Positions 24,541 through 38,263 of a stretch of 64,000 bases of DNA are shown here, piece by piece. Each line of letters begins with the position of its first letter. Positions within the stretch are counted from its first letter, which is position 1. Under the pieces are notes generated by a model that saw only the letters and a program-made list of their open reading frames with translations, had not been told where the DNA came from and did no database searches. The position numbers and the translations under genes were made by a program. Source of the stretch: Octopus vulgaris (Eukaryota); contig OX597823.1 of assembly GCA_951406725.2 (NCBI GenBank), forward strand, positions 26,102,001-26,166,000, read 5' to 3'.

Positions 24541-25323
24541 GGATCTGTTTGGTTTGGTTGCCAGCATTTCAAAAATCAAAGTTTATTAAAAAATTTTTTA
24601 TGTGGCACATTAGTATACTTTTCCAAGCTGAATTGCTGGAGCTATTTCACTTTTTCCAGGAAAATGTTTTTAAAAAGTTATAGAGGTTTAAAGTTCGATC
24701 ATTTCCACCCAGTCAGGAAACAGGATTTGGAAGCTGTCATTTTGTGCATGACTGCACATTTTGTCAACATCCTGGGAATAGCACATATTGTCAAGAAAGA
24801 GTAAACAACATGCCTTTTGTAGTTTTAAGCATTATGATAGCATGAGATTTATCCAAAACGTTTTTAGGTATAACACCCTTTTCTTGTAGGTATGACACAG
24901 TATCCTCCTCTGTTCTTTGTGTCCCCACCACAGAAGCAAGTTTACCAGAGCTTGCTGCCATAATCAAACAGTATAATTTCCAACAGAACACAGCATCAAA
25001 AAGTCAACACATATATATATTTGTCAACACATGCTTTCTCGCAGACAAAAGAGTTCTCGGTTCTGCTTGTTACAATGAAAACAGGCACACGCTTTCTCAC
25101 AGACAAAAGAGTTCTCATGTTATGCTTGTTACTATGGAAAGAGGCATGACTGTGTCTGTGGCTTATGATTGGCTAAAAGTACCCCAAATTTTCAAACTTT
25201 AATTGCTAATAACTCTTTATTTATTGATTTACATGATTCATTAGCCTATAAAAATGTATCATTACACTGAATATGAAATTAATTCAAACACAATTGATAC
25301 TGGCAGCCAAATCAAATAGATCC
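24541..25323. mobile_element. Non-autonomous DNA transposon with about 25-bp TIRs (Merlin/IS1595-like)
   Basis: GGATCTGTTTGGTTTGGTTGCCAG at 24541 versus CTGGCAGCCAAATCAAATAGATCC ending 25323. Possible degenerate 9-bp TSD AAAAATAGT / AAAAAAAGC. Minus-strand peptide RTEEDTVSYLQEKGVIPKN. Confidence 0.72.
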
Positions 25324-25877
25324 AAAAAAAGCTGTAGTTCTTACAAATTATTTAGAATGTAGCATGAAGATGAAGTCATTAACATGAAAGCTGGTGTAAA
25401 ATTAATTGTGGTTTTAGATTTGATCCCACAATGCAGCGTTTTGGGTAAGTATTTTCTACTACAACATAGGTGAGTGGATAGAGCCGTTACAAAGTCAGAT
25501 GAGATGTATTGTGGTATTTACTCTGGGATTTTGTACACTGAGTGCAAATCTCACATTGGTCAACTTTACTTTTCATCCTTCACTGGTGAAAGTATTAGTG
25601 TCAGACAGGAAGTGTTTTGGTATTTATTCTGATTACTTCCATTCTGAGTTTAAATCCCACCATAACATACTTGGGTGGTAGATTTAGTCTGTCATCCAGT
25701 TTAATACCCCCACCTTGGATGTATTTAGCAACAAAAGCCCAGTAAAGGGTCATGGACACTGTCCTTCTTTCCTGACTAAAATATAGAAACAAAACAACCA
25801 AAATCTTGTGAGCAAAATAACCCATCAGAAGGAGAGATGAGCCATTCTTAGGAAATACACTTAATTCGTCATCTGAT

Positions 25878-26107
25878 TTAGCCCCTTTGATACCAATCTA
25901 CCTGACACTTGCCCCGGTTCAATGGTTCAAACTTTCTATTTTTAAGTAATCTAGATTATAACCTTCTCTCACATTACCATGCTAATTAATGTTCCAAACT
26001 CCAGTTTAATAATGAATAAATTATTTTATGTTATTCTTCATTATTTTCAAAATTCATTGAATCTAATGTTATGCATTTCAACAGAATAATGATAAAGAAA
26101 GTGTTAA
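25878..26107. mobile_element. piggyBac-like TTAA MITE (diverged copy)
   Basis: Homologous to 30265, 40082 and 49499; ends in GTGTTAA. Confidence 0.6.
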
Positions 26108-26448
26108 CTCCAGTACCTGGTCATTGTGTGCTTTAGCAGAGTCCACTCTGTTGAAAGCATTCTTTGCAACACACTAGTTATTCCATACTTCCTTTTTTGT
26201 GCTTGCAGAGCCATATCCACTTGAGTTGCCAGGAACTTAAAACCTAACCTAAGCTTTAGGAGCTATTAAATGTCAGTATTTAATTAACTCTGGTTTCATT
26301 GCACAAGGTGAACGGCAGTTCTTCTCCTGAAAAGAACAGCAATCTAGTGCAGATAACATTCCTATATGATTTGGCAGTACCCACTCTACCAAATAGCTAG
26401 GATGAACTATGGCAATGTAGGCTCAAACCACAACAAAAATTATCAACA

Positions 26449-26869
26449 GGCGCAGGAGTGGCTGTGCGGCAAGTAGCTTGCTTACCATACATATGGTTCC
26501 AGGTTCAGTCCCACTGTGTGACACCTTGGGCAAGTGTCTTCTACTATAGCCTCGGGCCGACCAAAGCCTTGTGAGTGGATTTGGTAGACGGAAACTGAAA
26601 GAAGCCCATCGTACATATGTGTATATTTATATATATCTATATATATATATGTATGTGTGTGTCTGTGTTTGTCCCCCCAACATCGCTTGACAACCGATGC
26701 TGGTGTGTTTACATCCCTGCAACTTAACGATTCAGCAAAAGAGACTGACAGAATAAGTACTAAGCTTACAGAGAATAAGCCCCGGGGTCGATTTGCTCGA
26801 CTAAAGGTGGTGCTCCAGCATGGCCGCAGTCAAATGACTGAAACAAGTAAAAGAGTAAAGAGTAAAGAG
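26449..26869 (+). mobile_element. CORE-type tRNA SINE, full length (similar to octopus OR-type SINEs)
   Basis: GGCGCAGGAGTGGCTGTG head, B-box GGTTCAGTCCC, CORE-like ACACCTTGGGCAAGTG, internal (TA/TG)n and (AAAGAGT)n tail. Confidence 0.9.
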
Positions 26870-28129
26870 TGGATCTAATTTGAACCTCTTGACTACGATT
26901 TGGTAGTTTAATACTCTGGCCACTTGGCCATTTTGTCTGTACACATCACAACCAGTTTCCTCAAATTCTAGTGTTTATTCTTTTGTGTGAAAAAAACAAT
27001 ATAAAGTTAAATATGTTTGTATAACAAGAGAAGGAAAATCTGGCATTTCAAGTAATGTCCAAGTAGACAATTACAGTTCCTCTTGAATTTTGATTTTTAT
27101 CTGTTCCATGCCAAAGCATAAATTGAGATATCTTGATGTGTCATGAGGAAAAGGAATGTCTAACATTTTTGCAGCAGTGCCAAAGAAGCAAATAACTAGT
27201 CTTCTTGAATTCTTAGTGTTTATGCCTTTTTTTTTATAAAAAAATACCTGAACAAAGGTAACTAGGTGTGTTGTAAAGAATAGAAAAATCTTAAATATTA
27301 TGCAAGGTCAAAGCAGACAACCATTAAACTCTTTGAAATAGCATTTTTAACCTTTCTGTAAAATACTAGAAAGGGAAATATACTGATGTAGCTTTAGGAA
27401 TAAGAGAATTTAGTATATTAAGTAAGGCCTGGGGTGGTGGACGGGCAGTATGTTGTTGTTGTTATTGTCGTCAGTATCAGCATTGGTGGCAGCAAATGTG
27501 GCGTTGGTGTCAGCATTAGTGTCACCACTATCGTCATCATCATCATTTAATGTCCATTTTCCTTGCTGACATGAGCTAGATGATTTTATTAGAGCTGGCA
27601 AGCAAGAGGACTATGCTAAGCTCTTCTGTCTATTTTGACATGGTTTCTGTGACTGGATTCCCTCCTTAATGCCAACCACTTTGCAGAGTGTTATGAATGA
27701 CCAATAATTCCTGGCTCAAAGAAACTAATTTCTAATCATAGTCCAAAACAGTAAAGTGTCATATAGTGCTATCCATGATATTCCAAATTAAATGTGTTAT
27801 TCAAAATGGCCATTCTCTCTCTCTCTCTCTGATCACCAAATGTGTATGCCTTTTATGTCAAGGGAAATCACTGAAATCATAACACTATTTGCATAACATT
27901 CACCCCCACTTAAAATAAATTTTTATAGATCAAGCCTTTCCAGGGTTTTCAGAATTCTTTGAGATCGATGCAGTTGAAGGGACTTTTCTTGTTGTTTTAG
28001 AGCGTTATCTTTAATGACTCAAATGCTTTTACTTGTTGGCTATTAAGAAGAAATTTCAAGGCATTATTGAGAGAATATATTTTGTCAGAAAATTTGGAGA
28101 TCCACTTAGCATAAGAAAACACACTGACA

Positions 28130-28199
28130 GGCATATGGCATAGTGGGCAAGAGCGTGGGCTACTAACGCCAAGATTCCGAGTTCGATTCCAGGCAGTGA

Positions 28200-28204
<5 letters not shown>
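28130..28204 (+). mobile_element. tRNA-derived SINE head followed by (AAT)n
   Basis: A-box TGGCATAGTGG and B-box GAGTTCGATTCC; no acceptor-stem closure. Confidence 0.7.
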
Positions 28205-28234
<30 letters not shown>

Positions 28235-29645
28235 TTAATAATAAAATGCCCTGATGCAGTACCAGGCAGTGGCTCTCATGGCTTCTGATCTTGACTGATT
28301 GGAAGTGTTATCATGTACATCATTTTGTCTTCATATAAAAGATGGGCTACAGCAAATATTCTGCTCGATATCACAGATTTGCTTTCAGTTGTTTGACTTT
28401 AACCAGTTGAGCATGTCCCTTTGTAGCTGACGATATGTGCATCTCTGATCACGAGCAGAAGAAGTGGGGGAGCATCATAGCCATGTGTTGAGAGGGATTC
28501 TTTGGGGTTTGAATAATTCACCTCTGGAAACATGGATGTTTCGTTCAACATTCAGAGACCTTTTGAGTAGGATGGGTTACTCGACCAGAAGAAAATTCTA
28601 ACTGGGTAGGAGTCTTGCTGTAGAAGAGAAACAAGGATACCCCAGTTGGAGAAGAAGGGAGACAAAGAGAGACTTAAGAAAGAAAGATAGAGATGGAGAG
28701 AGTGAGAGGGATGGTGGTGGATATGTGTCAGGACATACCAGTGAGGTATTTAGTAACAAGCCTTTGTGTGCTCTGAGTTCAAATTCTGCCAATGTCAGCT
28801 TTATATTTTTATCCTTCTATGGTCAATAAAATGAATACAAATCAAATAATAGGGTCACTATATTCAAACAGACCTTCTCCCAAAAACTTGTGACTTTGTG
28901 CTTGTTAGAAATCAATTGATGGAGCAGAGCCTAAGCAGACATTAAATAGTCTTCATGAATTTTAAATGACATTCCTTTGTCATCATGGTTAAGTCATATT
29001 AATCATTAGAAATACACGTACATTGTTACATTCACTTTATTTTTATTGTTATTTTGTTGTAATAATAGTATAAATTATTAAACAACCTTTCCTTTTTATA
29101 TCCTTTAGACTTTCAGATTTTACATTAATAATACAAATCTCTATCAGCAGATATTTTATTTTGTTCCTGTATTTAAATTTTTTTTTTAAAATTGAGACTC
29201 CCTGGTTTTTCTCTTCCCAAATCATCATTGACAATTCTTTTAGTGCCTTCTGTTTTCATTCCAGTCAATTCTATCGATATAATTCTCTCCTCAGCAGTCT
29301 CCATAAATAATTTGCATCTTCTCATACAACAGCTGCTATCTTTAAACCATATCTCTTCAGCTTTCACTGCCAGAAGCTGGCTTTCCTTTCCAAAACTACT
29401 GGTCTCCTAACTTCAACACTTTGGCAACAGTGCACTTGCCTTTATTATGTTCTTTGCTGACAGCTATTCTGCTTTAACTCTAAGGATATTTCACTGAAAC
29501 AAAGACACTTCTGAGGAAAATTTAATATTCAGGTGGTCTTCCTATGCTTTAATCTTGTTGTTGTTGTTTCCCTGGTTGCTAGTCTTGTTGTTGTTGTTGT
29601 TGTTATTGCAGTTGGTGTTAAGAACATATTTACTTTGGTAATATT

Positions 29646-29761
29646 TACATACATGCATATATATTGTATGTATATATGTTTGTGTGTGTGTGTATATATA
29701 CATACATACACCAAACACATATATATATATTTGTAGATACATCCATCCATCCATATATATA

Positions 29762-29792
<31 letters not shown>

Positions 29793-30042
29793 GTATGTAT
29801 ATATATATATATATATATAAGTATGTATGTATGTATATATCTATATATTTGTGTATATACAAACATACATATCTATATATATATATATACACACACGCAC
29901 ATATATATATATATACATACACATAAATATATATAGATATACATATGTATATATACGTGTAAATATGTGTATATGAATATATATATATCATAGATCCATT
30001 CATAACTGTGTATATATCTGTGTGTGTGTGTGCATGTGTGTG
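29646..30042. repeat. Long degenerate (TA)n/(TG)n/(CA)n microsatellite
   Basis: Read directly. Confidence 0.95.
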
Positions 30043-30264
30043 ATGTAAATATTAACAAATCCAATAGCTTGGTTTTCAATTTTCAGTCATTTCTTTATCT
30101 GTAAGATCTGTAGAATCACATGTATGAAAAATGGATTTTGTGATGTTCCCATACATACCAAAAGTAGTTTATTATGTGTGCATATATATATGCACTTACA
30201 AACTCTCCACAGTTGCTACTGTATCTTAATGCTTTGTGATATGATTCAGGATTTTATTAATTAA

Positions 30265-30484
30265 ACCTTTCTTTACCAACCCAGTTGAAACCGGCTCTGG
30301 CTCCGAATACAAATGTCTTGTCTTCATAAGTTTTGAATTAAAATCTTCCACCAGACTTTAGTCACAGTTTATGTTCCTAACACTAGCTTAATGATAACTA
30401 CGTTCTTTCACTAATTTCTTTGTTATCTTTAAAGTAATTGAAAGAAACACAGAGCATCGCAAAATAAATACAGTAATGAAAGGG
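30265..30484. mobile_element. piggyBac-like MITE
   Basis: TTAA-ACCTTTC ... GAAAGGG-TAAA ends; close homolog at 40082-40300. Confidence 0.8.
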
Positions 30485-32267
30485 TAAAACCTTTAGTTGT
30501 ATTGAAAAGTACTAACAATAGTACAATAAGTGTGTGTATACATACATACGTAATTATGTATGGTACAGAGTCATGCAATGCACACCAGCTGAAGAAGAGC
30601 AGTGACCAAATCATTAAACAAAACAAGTTTTTCCCATCAGTTTGACAAAGTTATATCTAAATATGTTTACATCTACTGCAGTTAAATAAATTAAATAGGC
30701 CATACTCTTTGCAAGGCTCTCTAGAAACTAGTTGTAAAGAGTAAGCTTAAAATGAACCAGTACAAGTGAACAAACAAAGCATTTAGAAATAGGGATAAGG
30801 CCCATTTGACAGCTGACATTTCATTTCACCCACCTGCTCTTCTGAATCAATGTTACAGATATAAGACCAGTAATGTGGGTCAACCAGTGGGTGGATTCAC
30901 TAAAGGTTAAAGGTTATCATTTCACCTCACCCTCACTCTGTTTGGTTTTATAAATGGAATCAAATCTTTAATTGATTTTTAAAGTGCTTTTTCTTGTTAC
31001 AAAGGAATTTTAATAATTGATATATTGCCATTTCCCCCCACCATTTTTATTGTAGAACATAGAATAAAGGAGTTTTCAAAGATGCTAGTGGTGATGGTTA
31101 TTGTTTTGATCCAGGCTAGTCCTGATTCTACAGATCTGTCATTGAAAGCTTTCTGCCTGTGACCATCCTCTTCTTTTCAAGAGACAAAATGTGTGTTTCT
31201 AGAACTACATTTTTGATGTACCCTTCCTTGTTATTTAGCCTCTTATCCAATAAATCTATGATCATTTGTATTCTATCTATGACCAACTAATCTTTTTTTA
31301 GGCATCATCATCATCGTTGTACATCATTGTTTACATCAGCTTTGTCATGCTGGCTTGCATTTAGCATATTTTCTGTGATAATGTTTTAGGGCCAGATGTC
31401 CTTCCTGTTATCAAACCCTTTTAGTCGTCTCTTGTGACATGCAAGGATTTGATGTGTCTATTCTAAAACTAGGGTATGCAAATTAATATAAAATATGTAT
31501 TACTACATTGCCTAATGTGGCCCTTGCTTTTTAAAGACAGTAGAACATGGCTTGAGGGACATTTGACAGCTATTCCTAGGAAGACAAGCAACTGCAGTAT
31601 TCTTCATCACTTTAGTGTTGAAGTAGCAGAGAAGCAGGACTAAATTATATTTCAGTGTTTTGTTGTGTTGCTTTATATTCTGAGTTCAAATCCATTTGAA
31701 GTTGGCCTCCATAAGAAGAAATCATGACCAAAAAGAACATATTTGTATTCTGTATTCCATTCCAAGCAGTTGTAGCAGTTGATATAAAGGTGAAACAAAG
31801 TACCCATTAAATGGAAAGCAAGAGGAACATCATATGCTGTAATCTGCAGGGAGAGAGAAAAATCAGGCATGGTTCATCATTTGTGGAGGGAAAATGGATG
31901 TCACCAATCCTCGTGGAACAACCAAGAATAGAGAGCGAAAACAACACTGAAATACAGGATGACTGAAATAATCAGGATATATGTTGGGCTTTCATAATTT
32001 GTTGATTAGCCTAGCATAATGATGAATATCATTAAGAAAGCTTTAATATTAAACCTACAGAAAATTTAGATTTTAAGTTCCTAATGCTGATAACTTAAAT
32101 ATCCTATGGAGCAATGTGATAGTGAACATAAACACTGATTGAACATTTTGATATCAACCTACCTTGATATGAAGATTACTTCTGGTTTATCAAATCCTTG
32201 CATGTCAATGAAATAAACTGCGTTTTAAATTGATTTAAATGAAAAACTTTTGCCAAAATTTCACATA

Positions 32268-32665
32268 AGCATAGGAGTGGCTGTTCAGTCCCACTGCATG
32301 GCACCCTGGGCAAGTGTCTTCTACTATAGCCTCAGGCTGGCTAAAGCCTTGTGAGTGGATTTGGTAGACGGAAACTGAAAGAAGCCCGTCGTATATATGT
32401 ATATGTATGTGTGTGTATATATGTTTGTGTGTGTATGTTTGGGTGTCTGTGTTTGTCCCTCCAACACCGCTTGACAACCAATGCTGGTGTGTTTATGTCC
32501 CTGTAACTTAGTGCTTCAGCAAAAGAGACCGATAGAATAAGTACTAGGCTTACAAAGAATAAGTCCTGGTGTCGATTTGGTCAACACCAGGATTTGCTGG
32601 AGCAATCCTGTGGCAGTGCTCCAGCATGGCCACAGTCAAATGACTGAAACAAGTAAAAGAGAAAG
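32268..32665 (+). mobile_element. CORE-type tRNA SINE (deleted in head)
   Basis: Collinear with 26449-26869. Confidence 0.88.
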
Positions 32666-33119
32666 AGTATTAAAAAGCTTGCATCCCAACCAACTGGTTT
32701 TAAGTTCACCTTGGGAAAGTGTCTTCTACTATAGCCCAGGATTGACCAATGCTTTGTGAGACAATATGAAAGCCTGCCATGTGTGTGTGTGTGCATGCGC
32801 AAATATTAACATTTCATGACTTTGCTTATTACCATGTTTAGATTCCTTGTTAACCTTATGACCAATCCCTCTGCATGTTCAAAGACCTGTGGAATAAGAG
32901 AATCCCTTTCTTTAAAAACAAGTAACAGTTGATGATAGGAAGAATATCCAGCTGTAAAATCCTGCCTTGAATAATTCCCTGCCTAACCCATGGGAAATGG
33001 ATATCAATCCTTTTGATATCAACCTGCCTGGGACTACCCCTGGTTCTATGATACAAACTTCCTATTTCAGAGTGATCTATTTGTTTGTATGCATATATCT
33101 ACTATATTATTATTTTACT

Positions 33120-33400
33120 ATGGCAAGTGTTTATAAGCCATTTAAGAAACACACAAAAACTGTTAGATTCACTTCAACATTTAAATTTAATTTGCCAAAA
33201 TATTTTCGTTGCTTTGAGACCGCAACCTGTTCATTGATAAAATTCCATGCAGCATGGAATTTAAATGTTGAAGTGAATCTAACGCTTTTTGTGTGCTTCT
33301 TTAATGGCTTATAAACACCTTCCATGCTGCAATTATTTTTGTTCCTGCACACGGTCTTAGATTAGGTCACTTGCTATGTAAGTACATCTCCATAACTATT
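33120..33400. mobile_element. Fold-back element, probable Penelope pseudo-LTR remnant
   Basis: 68-bp inverted arms at 33120-33187 and 33258-33325, with a hammerhead-like motif on the minus strand between them. Confidence 0.55.
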
Positions 33401-35459
33401 ATTTTACTGCTCTTCTCTTTTTCTGTACTGCCATCACCTCTTCTTCCCTAAATTTCTTGCAATGCATATTTACCATTGAGCAATCCTCAATTTTTGTTCA
33501 CCATTCAATATATTCACACCTACCTCCACCTTCCCTACATACTCTTGTAACCTCTACCCATCAAGCCTTCCTGATCTTCTGTCTCCATACTTACTTCTAT
33601 CCACTTTTTGATCAGAAGGTGGTGTCAAGGTGTCAGTGCATTGGGCTTTCATAATTTGTTGATGAGCCATCATATGGAAGCTTTTATCAAGAAAGAATGT
33701 CCTATGGAGCAATGGGGTAGTGAACATAAACATTGATTGAACCTTTTGATATCAATCTACTCTGATATGAAGATCACCTCTGGTTCATCAAATTCCTGCA
33801 TGTCAATGAAATAAACTGTGTTTTAAATTGATCATCTTATCACCACCTTCTTTATCTTTGTAGCTTCACTCCAATTACTCCCACTCACCATTGTATAATA
33901 TGAAGTAGCCATGCCAAAGACAGCTTGGTTCAAAGTCTCTCTTGACCAGAAATGGCCTGAACACTTTGTATGACCACCCTCCCTGTACATAACTCCCTGT
34001 CCACCTACATGGCCTTGCTTTTGCTTTTTGAGCCAATAAAAATTGAATTGAATTGAATGTATCTCTTCTACACCAAGAAACTTGTTTCTGTCCTTTCTAT
34101 CATACTTTAACCTCTCAGCACCTAATATAAAGCTGCTTTCCTCTCTACTGTACTCCCTTTCAGTCAAGGCAATTCTTTGTGAGTTACATAGTATCCTTAC
34201 AATTGCTAATGCTTCAAAGAGCATCCAGTACACTCTGTGGTTAGCACCAGGAAGGGCATTCGGCTGTAACAATTCTGCCAAAGTAGATACTGTAGTACAA
34301 CATACTCCTCTATCTTGTCAGATTCTGTAGAAATGTCCAACCCATGCCAGCATAGAAGACAGACGTTAAATAATGATGACGACGACAACGATGATGATAA
34401 TGATAGTGGTGGTGGTATATGAATATTCAAGGTATATAACCAGGGTATACAAGGAATATATTAAATCATTATAAAATGATTTACCTAATTACTATTGAAT
34501 AATGATTTACTAAACAAATCTATTGTAAATGGAAATCACCTAAGGTTTATATTCTGGCTGTAAATATTTAATTTATTTCATGAATATTTATTGAAAATAG
34601 ATGAACATCTCCACTCTTAATCCCTCCACTTTATCCCCCCTCCCTCTCGCTCTCTCATATACACCACACACACTTCTTGAAGTCAATAAAAGCAAACACC
34701 CACAAACACTTACCTATTGACCATGAAAGGTTTATTTAACTAGTGTGGAAGAAGACTGAACAGTTTCCTGTTTGCAGTTTATTACAATTTATTATTTATC
34801 AATGACATCTTATAGACATCAATAGCTGAGGCAGGCTGTTACCATTCTCTTTGTGCTGTGGTGTCAGTTAATGGTTGAATTGTAGTTTAGCAAGTTAAAT
34901 TTATTCTCCACTAACTGATAAACATAACAGCCTGAAAGCATTAGGGACACATCCTATATATTTAGTGCCTTCAACACCAACTAGCATGAAACAGCCTCAA
35001 TTAAAGTGATTAAATTTAAAATTCAAATCTAGCTGAAATGTCATTATTACATTAAAGATAATATCGTATATCAATATGTAAACATTTCTTATTTGTTGGA
35101 AGTAATTTATTTTATTAAACCTCTCATGATTCTTGATTATTTTGAAAATTTAACCATAAAGACAGAATGTATTCTTGTTAGGAATACAGTCACAATAGAG
35201 TTGATGATTGCAATAAATGGTTCTCAGGCCCTTGGAGGACCTTTCAAGCTGGTGCAGCTTTCTTTTGATGATGAGAAGCAGATAGATTAAAGAGAAATTT
35301 CAGTTCCTAGATAGATCACTTGTATGTCACAGGTAACATTCCCATTTGATCTTGTTTTTTTTTTTCTTTTATTATGTCTGGGCAGATAATGTAACTGTTT
35401 TTCTAAACAGGAAAAAGGGATGAGAAATAAACCACTTTCTGGTTAAGATAGTGGTTTAA

Positions 35460-36760
35460 GACAGGATATAAAAAAGTGATTTCAAGTACATTGGGGCTTG
35501 GAGAGTCAAAATGAGGCCCTTGAAAATTTGATGGCTTCTTGCTAAAAGAAAACCTCACTAATCCCTTCCATTACATCACTTAATAAAAGTTAGCAAACAT
35601 GTAGCTCTTCAGATATTTTCTTAGCTTCTTACCAAGACCTGTCTATTTTTTCTGAGGCAAATGGATCATTTCCCCCTGTGAAAGGGTGAATGAGTGATAA
35701 TACCCATGAACAAGAGTGTCAGGCATGTTGGATTCATCTTTATGTCTGATTAAATTTGAATCAGACATTCAATGTTGTCTGAATTTATCCAATTTATTGG
35801 CTCATATAAATTCTGGCAAAGAAACTTGAAAGTATCATGTATTTTGCTTCTCATCTTAACAACATTCAGTTAGCATTGCAAGATTTTTTGGAGCTTAGCA
35901 GACTGTACAAAAAGTGAAGTGAGTGAAGTATTAGTAAAACCAACACACTTTGCTTGCATGTTAATTTTGGCTGTTTGGTATAAAGTATTGATTTTTGTAA
36001 ATATTTGCAACAAGTCTGTTAAACCAGAGGTGTCACATTGGATGTGAAGGGAAATTTCTTTGAAGATTTAAAGAAGATATGAAACAACTGGAAAAACATC
36101 TGGAAAGAAGCTTAAGAGGTGACATCAGATCTTGAGATGGAAATCAAACTCCCATAAGTGCGTGAAGGTGTGAGACAAAAGAAGGGAGCATGATGACACA
36201 GCTTCTGATGCCAATTTTCAGAAATGACTGATTCAGAGAATTTGCAAGTTGAGGCCCATATTAATGTTGAAGTTTTGATTGATATTGCAGAATTTATTAT
36301 ACTTTTTAATGTCAAGTGGTTCACAGAAAATTTTGATTTCCTCAGGAAATGTCTCACAATATCTGAAAGTAAAGTGGTGAAAAAATAGTGAAACTGTTAG
36401 AACATCATTATTCCACTGACCTTCACACTGAAAAATTTGCAACAAAATACATTTACCATCAATACAAAAAACAAATTTTGGAAACCAGAACTGAAATCTT
36501 CAGAACAGCTAAATTTATTAACTGACTAAAAACTTTGTGAGATATTTCCAAATATTTGTGCTAATTTGAGAATACTGTTGACAATTCCAGCTGCAATAGC
36601 ATCTGTAAAAAAATCTTCCAGCAAACTTAAACATAGCAAAACCTTTTAAAGGGCAATGTGTCTTACCTGTTAATTTAGCCAGAAGGAATATTGAATCAAA
36701 CATTGCCAGATAAACTGACTTGTGATAATGTTGTCAGAAATTTTTTTTAGATAAAAAGGT
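35460..36760 (+). mobile_element. Decayed hAT transposase (Tip100/ZMYM-like)
   Basis: 36543-36640 reads IFPNICANLRILLTIPAAIASVKKSSSKLKHSKT, matching the hAT dimerisation motif (LTIP.T.AS.ERSFSKLK). The upstream boundary is uncertain. Confidence 0.65.
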
Positions 36761-36989
36761 TATTTCTTTAATTAATGAGGCTTGTTGTATAAAGTAAATT
36801 ATAATCTGGTTATTCTGGAGGACAGAGAATAAAGCATATTCATTAAGTTATCAGTGGTTATATTTAGATTTCTTGAGATTAGCCAACATGTAAAAATATG
36901 CTTTTATAATTATACATCAAAAACTGCCTATTTTGTTGTTGTTGTTGTTATTATTTCATGATGATGATGTTGTTGTTGTTGTTGTTGTT

Positions 36990-37403
36990 GTTCACTTTTC
37001 AGATGGAATTTGTTGAGGCAGATTTTCTAAGGGTGGATGTCTTTCCTGTTGCTAACCCTCACCTATTTCCATGCAAGGTAATATTTCCCTGTGGCCGGAT
37101 ATGTTCAGAGAAGATAGGAAATGAATGATACCACATGTATGGCAGCGACACTTGTTTACAACTATTATGCAAGTCAAAGAGACATGATCACACACACATG
37201 TGCACATATACACATTCACACATACATATATCTACATATACAACAAGCTTCTTTCAGTTTCCATCCAGTAATTCTAAATAAAAGTCTTTGCTTAGCCTAG
37301 GGCTATAACAGAAGACACTTACCCAAAGTGCTACACAATGGGATTGAACCCCAAATCATCCAGTTTGGAAGTATACTCTTTAACCACTGTCATGCCTGCA
37401 CCT
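36990..37403 (-). mobile_element. Composite CORE-type SINE
   Basis: Reverse complement of the 20829 type. Confidence 0.75.
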
Positions 37404-38263
37404 GTTTTTCTCTAAAGAAGGTAAAACATTATTAAAATTTCATTTTAGGCCATTATTTTTATCAAAAAGACTTCATTGAAGATTTAAGGTTCAAATGGAC
37501 TTTAAATTCCCAAATCTCAGTTTTAAGAGAAGCCCTTCCTTCCAAGGGACCCAAACATAGTTATGTTCTGCCTTGCACAATTTCTCTCAGAGATTCTGAT
37601 CACAGATAACATTCTCAAATGATTTCATTAAATCTAATTATTTTTCAATACATCTAAATATTTTGCTCAAGAAACAACAAAATACCACTAAGACTCAAGA
37701 GTCAGTAGTTCTAATCTTTTAAACTCACTATTACTATGGCACTACATAATTCAGGTAGACTAATTTGCATATGACTTGCAGTCTAATTCAATTTGTAAAT
37801 TACTGGTATGCTATCAATGTTTTATTTCACTGCTGCAATGTTACAAAATAACAATTAAACCCATTTAACATATCAAAATTTATCAATTGGATTTGTTGCC
37901 CAGAATTCATACCTTCTCTTTTTCATCATCATCATCATCTCATTTTAACATCCACTTTTCCATTCTTGCATGGATCAGACAGAATTTGTTGATGCAGATT
38001 TTCTAATATGGCTGGACACCCTCCCTGTCACCAACTCTCATCTATTTCTAAGCAAGGTAATATTTTCCATGGTCAGATGTGGTTTTGGGGAAGACTGGTA
38101 ATAAGGGATGCTCCTTATATAACAGTGATGCTTATTGATAACTATTGCATGATGTCAAGACTGCTGAGAGACACAAACACACATATTATATGCAAATACA
38201 CACATGCAAAATATAAGCAAACACACGTCATTTATGAAAATTGGTCTATCTAATCCTTTAGTA

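Noticed and set aside
28130-28204. Functional tRNA gene (also 1603-1680)
   Set aside because: A and B boxes are present, but there is no paired acceptor stem or clean cloverleaf; these are SINE heads.
29173-29500. Possible host exon
   Set aside because: No recognisable protein similarity or convincing splice-site pair; small exons elsewhere cannot be excluded without RNA-seq.
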